Assembly (NCBI GenBank): GCA_043228905.1
Contig: JBHGNT010000370.1
Location: 1-30,669, forward strand
DNA: 30,669 nucleotides
Source of the DNA: Azolla caroliniana
Lineage: Eukaryota > Plantae > Polypodiophyta
Reading direction: 5' to 3'
The translations under genes and the position numbers were made by a program. The notes under the pieces were generated by a model. It was not told where the DNA came from, searched no databases, and saw nothing but the letters and a program-made list of their open reading frames with translations. Of the stretch, positions 22,612 to 30,669 are shown one piece after another; within the stretch, counting starts at the first letter, position 1, and the number at the start of each line of letters is the position of its first letter.

Positions 22612-25275
22612 ATATATATATATATATAAATAATGGATAGTGAAAATTGGCTTTGGTCTCTCCAGATCCTGTCTCACTTGTGCGAGATCATAAAGTGAAA
22701 CAAGGGCTTATTCGGGCTGGGATCGAGGTAAGTACATTCAATGCGGACCTTCTTTATGAGCCTTGGGAGATTAATAATGATGACGAGACCCCGTTCACAA
22801 CGTTTGCTGAGTTTTGGTCGAAATGTATGGACATGCCAATGCAACCAGAGGCATCCCTTATACCTCCAAAAAGACTTATAAAGTATCAAGGTATCTTTTT
22901 GTTTTATTTTGTAGCATTGTATCACTGGGAAGCTCTGATAATACAAGTACAGACTGATGGATTTTTTTTTTTCTTCATTGCTATCTAGGGCCTCTATTTA
23001 GCTCATCTGTAGAGAATCTCGAGCTCGAGGATGAGTCTGAGAAAGGAAGCAATGATTTGCTAGCAAGAGCATGGGCCCCTGGATGGGCGAATGCTGACAA
23101 GGCGTTTGAGGTCTTCTTAAACGGACCACTATTGGAGTATGTAAGCAATAGACAAAAAATTGATAGTGCAACGACTTCATTGCTTTCTCCCCACCTTCAC
23201 TATGGTGAGTTAAGTGTGAGGAAAGTTTTCCGCGGTGTGAGCATGAAGCAGGTGCTATGGGTCCAAGAAGGGAATGAAAAAGGCGAAGAAAGTGTGAACC
23301 TCTTTCTCAGGTCTATTGGGTTAAGAGAATACTCAAGATATCTCAGCTTCAACTTCCCTTTCACACACGAACGATCATTGCTCTCAAACTTGAAATTTTT
23401 CCCTTGGCGCATTGACGAAGGGTATTTTAAGATATGGAGGCAGGGACGGACCGGGTATCCTCTAGTGGATGCGGGTATGAGGGAGCTTTGGGCGACTGGA
23501 TGGTTGCATAATTGTGTCCGCGTGATCGTATCATGTTTCTTTGTTAAATTTCTTCAGCTTCCCTGGCGTTGGGGCATGAAATATTTTTGGGACACACTTC
23601 TTGATGCTGACCTGGAGTGTGATGTCTTGGGATGGCAATATATATCTGGAAGTTTGCCGGATGGTCATGAACTTGATCACATAGACAATCCTCAGGTATT
23701 GTTTGCTCGTGGTTTCATAGACATCACATGAGTTTACAGCCTATTTAAAAATTCAATGTATGTGAACTACTCATGAATTGATGTCACCTTTTTTTCCAAT
23801 CTATGTATACCCCCTTTTGATAGAACCCTTTGTGTATGTAAATGATTGGTAGAAGGAAGACTTTCAAAACTCGTTATCTCATTCACCTCAGGGATTCACT
23901 TTATCTAAACCATATAGCACTCGCAGTTGAGGCCTATTTTAGATTTTTCATTAAGAAAATTTACCCTTTTCCCATCTAATATATGTATACCCCTTTTAGA
24001 TAGTATCCTGAATGAATGCAAATAATCTTTAAACGTGAATACTGAAAAAACTTATTCTCTCGAATTTGATATGGCTGCATAATTATGAGTCACCCCTTTG
24101 AAATTCTGGTCCTATATTTCTATTCCCATGATAGATTACTGGTCCTATATTTCTATTCCCATGATAGATTAGGGCTTATTTTCACGAATTTTTCGCAGGC
24201 AGAAGGTTATAAATATGATCCTGATGGAGAGTATGTGCGGCGCTGGCTACCTGAGCTCTCTCGCTTGCCGTCGAAATGGATCCATCATCCATGGGATGCC
24301 CCTCCCAATGTGCTTCGTGCAGCTGGCATAGAGCTCGGCACCAACTATCCAAGACCTATAGTAGAAGAAGTAGCTGCTAGACAAAGGCTCCAACAAGCAC
24401 TATCAGTTATGTGGGAGAAAGATGCTGCAGAAAAGGCTGCTTTGGAAGTGGGCCTAGAAGAAGGTCTAGGAGAGACAGTAGAAGTGCAGGCCGGTAGAGG
24501 TGCTGAGGTTGAAAACATGGATATGGATGTGGGTTCACACCATAGGAACACATCATCGGATGGCCGATCACGTTATGATCAAATGGTTCCGAGCATGGGC
24601 AGAGAATCAGCACGAAGGACGGAGGGTGGCTCTTCATCCGACAAAGGCACGGGAGATCAGGATAATGTTGTTGCTGCCCAAAATGAGCGGCAAAATGGAC
24701 ACAAGCGTCCATTGCCACTACCGTCACCCATACCAATGCAAGATGGACATGAAGATGTGAACTCAGCTGCACCCCGACTAGGAAATGAAGATGCAAACTC
24801 GACTGCAGAATCGTCCTCGGCAAGGCGGCATCATGCTAGTGGTTACTCGAACTGGCGTCGTTATGCCTCATCACAGTCTGTTGACTCCCAGGTGCCTCTG
24901 GTGCCCGAGTTGCGGCAGGGAGTCTTATCTCGGATGCGAAACCACCATGCCCAACCAATGATGAACCTTGATGTTATTCGTGCAACTAAGGTAGTACTAC
25001 TAGCTAGCACATGACATTTGGGAAATACCGTAACTTGTTGAGTATTTGCCAGAAGTTCCCAAGGTTAAAAAAATTAGCAGAAAACTATGTAGTACTAACT
25101 TTTCTTACATAGGTATTCTGGTAATGGATGAAAACTTAGGGTTATTCTTGTGCATATACTCAACAAAGTAGGGTCACAAATTATTTCCGTGCTTTTCTCT
25201 AGTTCTTTATGCATTCGTTTTATCCTCAAAATGGGTTTTAATCTTATACCTCAGACTAGCTCGCTCTCGGCATGA
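21351..25275 (+). CDS. CRY: Plant cryptochrome blue-light photoreceptor (PHR domain plus CCE/DAS tail), ~683 aa
   Basis: Exons 21351-21657, 22666-22890, 22989-23695, 24199-24990, with GT-AG introns and matching phases (YD|PVSL, QG|PLF, NPQ|AEGY). A probable short last exon is 25255-25275; read-through would instead stop at 25014. Motifs: VWFRRDLRLEDNPAL, PGRVSRWWLKQSL, TSLLSPHLH, WRQGRTGYPLVDAGMRELW, LPWRWGMKYFWDTLLDADL, DVLGWQY, DPDGEYVRRWLPEL, EEGLG, DQMVP (24577-24591), STAESSS (24799-24819). Confidence 0.96.
22186..22428. repeat. Diverged ~105-bp direct duplication in CRY intron 1
   Basis: AATCACCAT...CACAAGGTTTAG...ACTGCGTTT at 22186-22289 and 22324-22428. Confidence 0.8.
22545..22632. 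repeat. Compound (TA)n/(TATG)n/(TAAA)n microsatellite near the CRY intron 1 acceptor
   Basis: Directly visible; ends ~33 nt before the AG at 22664-22665. Confidence 0.9.
24106..24171. repeat. Perfect 33-bp tandem duplication in CRY intron 3
   Basis: CTGGTCCTATATTTCTATTCCCATGATAGATTA at 24106 and 24139. Confidence 0.92.
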
Positions 25276-27761
25276 GCGATCACATTGAGGAGAGGAGATT
25301 TTGGCAGCCGTAGATCGTTTGGATGTCAGAAACGACACTGTTTTGTCAGGAAATATGGTATCACATGTAGACAACTGGGTGTTCAAAAATGGTAGCTGGC
25401 ATGGTGGTACTATATCTGAGTACATGATGCTTATTTAGAACACATGCAGTTTTTAAGAGCTTTGATTCAGTGGAACAAGGTGATTGTAAGCTACTGGATG
25501 GAGTTTATATAGCTTGACGGGTTTGATCTACAAACCGATGTGTAGAATAAGGTCTTCTTTGTACACATTGATGTTGATTCCTTGATGGATAACTGTTCAC
25601 TATTATAGGCCGTGCTCACAAGTATGTTGGTTAGCTTTGTACAGAAGTGTAATGATAGTGAAAAATTGTTTTTTCTTCTCTTAGAAATTTCAATAATGTA
25701 GGGAGCAAAGTATAAACCGAATGTCAAATCAATCAGCCAATAAAGTCAACACAACTTTCAAGGGGGAATAAGGATAAAGGAGGATTATCCCTTTTGCATA
25801 ATGCATGCTCTGTAATCCTCAATTCTTGTTGTAACCATGAAGTGAGCTTGGCTCATGGTATTGCATCCAATTGTAAAAATCCATGGGACAGCAAAGTCTC
25901 TTGAAACCAAGCAACATGACTTTCAAGGAGCAATCAATGATAATGGAGGGCAGTATCCCTTCTGTAAAATGTATTAATTTGTAATCCTCCATATTGGTAA
26001 TGATGACATGCTTTTGGTTCATAATGTTGCATCCAGTTCTTTGCACAATCCATGGTAAAGCAAATCCATTTGATCTCAGCGGAATGTGTTTTCAAAGCTA
26101 AATAATCGAGAAACAGCTGCTCCTAGATTGCAGGATGAGGATGTAATGGAAGGAATCGAGTGCTAGTGCTTAAAAAGTGAAGAGTTCAGATTGTTTGCTT
26201 GATTACTCACTAGTAATTCACATTTCATTCAAGAATAGGATGATGGCTATGTAGTGTGATGTTTGCAAGGGGGATCTTCCCAAGAAACAACTTTCCCAGC
26301 CAAATTTTAGGGTTCCACGGTCATACAAGCCATCTTCATTTATATGTGGCAACTTGTATGGTTACTGTATATGGTTTAACAAGGATGACTTGTAAATAAG
26401 TGGTTATGGGTTGTAGCATTCTCAATTGCCTTTTCCAATCAAGGTCTTTATTTTGAGAGTGGTGATTGGAAGCCTATCTTCAGGTGTAACGCGGGAAAAA
26501 GCTGTTTATGCAATCGTATTATAGTTCTCATCGTTTCATTCCTCATAAAATTTGGTTTTGGATTTCCATGATTTGATAGGTTGTGACGTTCTTATCTAGG
26601 GCCAAGATAATGGGTATTTCTCAATAGAATGTATCTTTTATGGTCCATGAAGCCAAGTTTGATCGATGAAACCAAATAAACATATAATCTTTCATGTGAC
26701 TCCTAATTACTTCTCTGTACTAAAAACTCTATATGACTCCAAATTTAATTTGTGGGGGTCAAAGAGGTGGGAGATGTAGTTTACTTTTGATATTGGAGAT
26801 TTTTGGACTTTATTGAAGTTTGATGATTATTAGACATCCTACCTAGTTATATGTTTATTTGGTAGCAACTATGGAGTAAAACATTGATGCAAGTCCGTTA
26901 CCTATACAAATTGAAGAGAAACCATGGGTTCAACATTGAAAGGGTGGTGAGACTCAGTTTTCACAAGTAACTACTAATCTCTTGTACAATTGCTCCATTT
27001 AGTCTCTTTGATGGCTCTCAGAATGGATTATATGTAAATATGATTATCAATGGTGGCAAATCTTGAAATGTATAGTGAAAGTTTTCATTTGGGGAGTATT
27101 AAGTAGAGATTTAGTTTAGGGAAATAAACTAAAGACACCTGGACTAGCAACAAGAAATTGCATCTTGTATATTGTTCAAGTTGAAGATAACTGCCAAGAT
27201 GAGACATGTACAAAGGAAGAAAATGTCTGAAATTGAATTTATGATAGCTTAGGTTGATGGTAAAACAAGCCCCAATGAGGAGTCATATTTTGATGCGGAT
27301 CAAACCAACAAAAAGATATAGCTCAATTGGCCGGAGCTACCTCTTGGGATGACAGGGTGTAATGATTCGAAACTTGTAATGGATGATGGGAGTGAAATAG
27401 TGATTTGCAATGTTCACCATATAAGGAGGAATGTGGTAAAACGAAAGTGGGAATTTGCTTTTGCAAAAATTGATTGTCGGGGTAAGTGACTATTTTTGGT
27501 GAGGACCCTCATGAAACCTATAAATGGAAAAGAAGAGGTCATTGCCAAGGATCAACGTTTTGAGAGACACACTTACGCTTCATCGGTAAATTGATTGTTA
27601 CAATATAGCGAATCAAGCGGGTGTTCAAGAGGCCTACCATGACAAGAGGTGATGTGGATGTCAATAATGGACTCACTACGCCGAAACTCGAGAATCTCCC
27701 CTTGACACACTATTTTTTTGTTTGATGTCTCATCATCTTAATGATCTATACCCTATGTTAG

Positions 27762-28745
27762 TGTTAGGAATATGGATCCGAATCGAGATGATTTACACTA
27801 CCAACACAAGTTTCCAAATAGACGAAACCACAAGACAAAATGAGAGTATGCCGAAATTTAACGTGGAAAACCCAAAAATGGGAAAAACCACAGGAACCTT
27901 AGGTTCCGGAACAGATTCACTATTTTCTGAGTATACAAGGTGTTGGCAACCCCTAGAGCTTACACTAGAGGTATGCACATATATTTCAAGGCTACAACCT
28001 TGGTTACAATATTCACCCTACCGGATGGGATAAACAACAGAAAAAAAAAACCAAAAAAACACAGAACAAATAAACTTGTTACAAGTGGACAGAAGAGTTG
28101 CTATGACTCTTTGGGTAGTCCAGACAACACCTCGCTAGATCTCCATCTTCACTCTTGCAACGAGTTCTCGCTCTCGATCACCCCTTTCTCGAGCTCTCTT
28201 ACTTGTTTCTGTTTTCTTGCAAAAGCTTTGTTGTGTTCTCTCACACACCTCTCCTTCTCAAATCTCTGTTTTTCAGCCTTAGTTCTGTTTACTCATGTGC
28301 AGTTTTTCTCTATATCACGCTCTGTTTTCTCTATCTGTCTCTCAATTTTTTCTCTACCCGTTTTTCTGTCTATACCTTCTCTTTATCAGCCTTTTTGGGG
28401 TAACGTCTCCTCTTTTCGTATCTGCATTCACACATTAACATACGAAAAGGCACACACACACACACAAGAAGAAAAAAGGACACATAAAAAACGTACATAC
28501 ATACACACACACACACACACACGCACGCACACATATAGTTATAAACAAATATAACCTTTTCCTTTCTTTAGCTCTGAGCTGATTTGGCGTTCAGTCGAAT
28601 CAACACTCAACACTCAGCCTGAATCGACACCCAACCGATTCAACACTTAGCCCGAATCAGTACCCAACTGATTCAACACTGAGTTGGTAGTTGGCTCTCA
28701 GCCAACTCCATGTCATGGGCTCCACTTGAGTGGATAGACCCAACA
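27762..28745 (-). mobile_element. 3' LTR (~984 bp) of a Ty1/copia retrotransposon
   Basis: Minus strand starts TGTTGGG at 28745, just after the PPT, and ends CCTAACA at 27762. Contains a (CA)n tract at ~28451-28533 and ~33-bp repeats at ~28596-28682. Confidence 0.82.
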
Positions 28746-28746
28746 A

Positions 28747-28758
28747 TTCTCCCCCTCT
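28747..28758 (-). other. Polypurine tract (PPT)
   Basis: Minus-strand AGAGGGGGAGAA, 1 nt before the LTR TG. Confidence 0.85.
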
Positions 28759-28769
28759 ATCTCAAGTGT

Positions 28770-30669
28770 GGGCACAACTAGGTTTGCTTTTTGTTTGCAA
28801 ACTTCAAGCTTCTCTCTTGACAAACATTTTGTCAAAGCCATTCTTATTGGTGTGAATGTTTTCAATGTGCATCTGTTTTTCTTCAAGCACATCTCTAATC
28901 CAATGGTACCTAACATCTATGTGTTTTGACTTAGAGTGGAAGGAAGACTTTTTGCTTAAATGTATAACACCTTGGCTATCACAATACAAAATGTACTTTT
29001 CTTGCATTAATCCCAACTCTTGTAGGAATTTCTTCAGCCATAGCAATTCCTTACTGGCCTCTGTGGCAGCCTCTGTTGTGGATAATGCCACACATTTTTG
29101 CAGTCTTGACTGCCAAGAGACCGCTCCCCCTACAAAGATCATTAAATACTCTGATGTAGACTTTCGAGAGTCAACATCACCAGCCATATCGAAATTTGTA
29201 TATCCGTCTAATATAGTTTGGTTCTCTCCAAATTTTAGAAGACTCTTGAGGTACCCCTCAGATATTGTAGGATCCATTTCACTGCTTCCCAATGATCTTT
29301 TCCAGGGTTCAAGAGAAAATGGCTTACTACACTGATTGTATGAGCAATGTCCGACCTTGTGCATACCATATCATACATCAAACTGCCGACTGCAGATGCA
29401 CATGGTATTTGTTTCATTCTCTCTTGCTCTTCCTCACTCGTAGGGCATTGAGCTGAACTGAGTTTAAAGTGGCCCGCGAGTGGAGTGTTAACCGGCTTAC
29501 ACTTGGCCATGTTAAATCTCTCAAGAACTTTCTCAATATACTGTTCTTGAGATAGCCACAACCTTTTGCTCACTCTATCCTTGGTTATCTTCATCCCAAT
29601 GATTTGCTTGGCTAGTCCCAAGTGTCATGGACACACCAACCGCGCACTCGGACAAAGCATAGATGATGGGTTACGAGCGTGGAACTTAAGAAGCTAGGAA
29701 TGACACAAGAGCATGAAGACAGAGATGAAGAAGGAGACAAGATGGAATGAAATGAGGTTGTAGGTTCAATCCTCACCAACTAAGTATTTTATGCCGCTGT
29801 GTCGTGACACCAAGTCTTTCATAGCGAAAGATTGACTCAACTCTCTTTTTAGCTTTTTAGCTTTTCAATCTTGTTGGTGTTTCAACCAATAATCAACATA
29901 TCATCTACATATAGAAGTAGAATAACAAAGTCATTATTTGAGAACTTCTTAAAAAACACACAATGATCTGTGTTTGTCCTATTATACCCATGGCTCAGCA
30001 TGAAGGAGTCGAACTTTTTATACCAGAGTCTAGGAGCTTGTTTTAGGCCATACAAGCTCTTCTTTAACCTGCATACTAGGTTTTACTTTCCTTTGACTCC
30101 AAATCCCTCGGGTTGCTCCACGTAGATTTCCTCTTCCAACTCATTGTGAAGGAAGGCAATTTTTACATCAAGTTGTTCGATTTCTGGATTGAGACTGGCA
30201 GCAATCCGGAGCACAACTCTAATAGAGGACATCTTTACTAATGGTGAGAAAATATCCTCGAAATCAACGCCATTTTTCTGGCTAAACCGCTTCTGAATCA
30301 CAACCAATCTTGCCTTGTATCTTGGTTGTGAGCAATGTTCCTCGGCTTTGAGCCTGAAAACCTTTTTGTTTTTCAGTGCTCTCTTTCCCTTAGGCAACTT
30401 TACTAGATCATAGGTATGATTGTTTTGCAAAGACCTCATCTCATCCTTCATGGCCTCAAGTCATTTCTCCTTTTGATCATGTGCCATAGCTTCTCGAAAG
30501 CTCTGTGGCTCTCCTACATCTGTAAGCAATACATACTCATGTGGACTATATCTGGTTGAAGGTTGTCTTTGTCTTATAGACCTTCTCACCCCGTCCACTT
30601 CCGGTGGTGCCACCGAAACATCATCAGTCTAGTCACCTAGGATTTGATGATCATGCTCGTGTTCATTTT
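28770..30669 (-). mobile_element. Degenerate Ty1/copia (Tnt1/Tork-like) pol: reverse transcriptase and RNase H; continues beyond the window
   Basis: MKDEMRSLQNNHTYDLVKLPKGKRALKN, QLDVK.AFLH, YGLKQAPR.WY, LLLYVDDMLI (~29891-29920), FAMKDLG, SAVGSLMY, DSRKST, VSWQSRLQKCVALSTTEA, SKHIDVRYHW. Multiple stops and frameshifts and a nested insertion. Confidence 0.95.
29623..29809. mobile_element. 187-bp LTR-like insertion (mini solo LTR/TRIM-type) within the copia RT
   Basis: TGTCA...TGACA termini, extending imperfectly (TGTCATGGACACA vs rc TGTCACGACACA). Perfect 5-bp TSD CCAAG at 29618-29622 and 29810-29814. Removing it restores FAMKDLGLAKQI. Confidence 0.9.

Noticed and set aside
23513-23515. U-to-C RNA editing restoring Arg in CRY
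   Set aside because: U-to-C editing in ferns and hornworts is organellar, and this is a spliceosomal nuclear gene.
2831-25275. Functional cluster of the FN3K-like kinase and the cryptochrome
   Set aside because: The genes are divergent but ~14 kb apart and separated by TE debris; no evidence of shared regulation or pathway.
19230-26710. Idea that the hAT element captured the CRY gene
   Set aside because: No matching second TIR (…GATTCCTA) followed by the expected TSD GTAATTAC was found downstream. GACTCCTAATTAC at ~26698 is only a partial chance match.
27940-28554. 204-aa plus-strand ORF
   Set aside because: Lies inside the copia LTR and translates low-complexity CT/CA sequence; no recognisable domain.

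Overview
Eukaryotic, AT-rich land-plant nuclear DNA. The cryptochrome N-terminus, PLS-PPR debris and TG microsatellites fit a fern or other non-seed plant best; this is an inference. I reconstructed two intact spliced genes by hand with consistent GT-AG phases. (1) An 11-exon fructosamine-3-kinase/ribulosamine-kinase family gene on the minus strand (7433-2831, ~361 aa), clearly diverged from the canonical plant FN3K. (2) A plant cryptochrome on the plus strand (21351 to ~25275, ~683 aa) with intact Trp triad, Asp396-equivalent and DAS tail, but Cys in place of the conserved Arg360-equivalent. Between them lie a PPR pseudogene fragment, a probable solo LTR, decayed TE debris and a non-autonomous hAT element (8-bp TSD) carrying a nested solo LTR (5-bp TSD). 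A ~1.1-kb array of 109-bp repeats, derived from the subterminal region of the same hAT family, sits in the cryptochrome upstream region. The right end is a degenerate Tnt1-like Ty1/copia element (3' LTR, PPT, RT/RNaseH) interrupted by a 187-bp LTR-like insertion with a tRNA T-arm/B-box-like motif. There is no CRISPR array or prokaryotic system, and no wholly new system can be demonstrated from the sequence. The best leads are the hAT-born satellite at the CRY promoter, the CRY ATP-pocket substitution and the divergent FN3K paralog.
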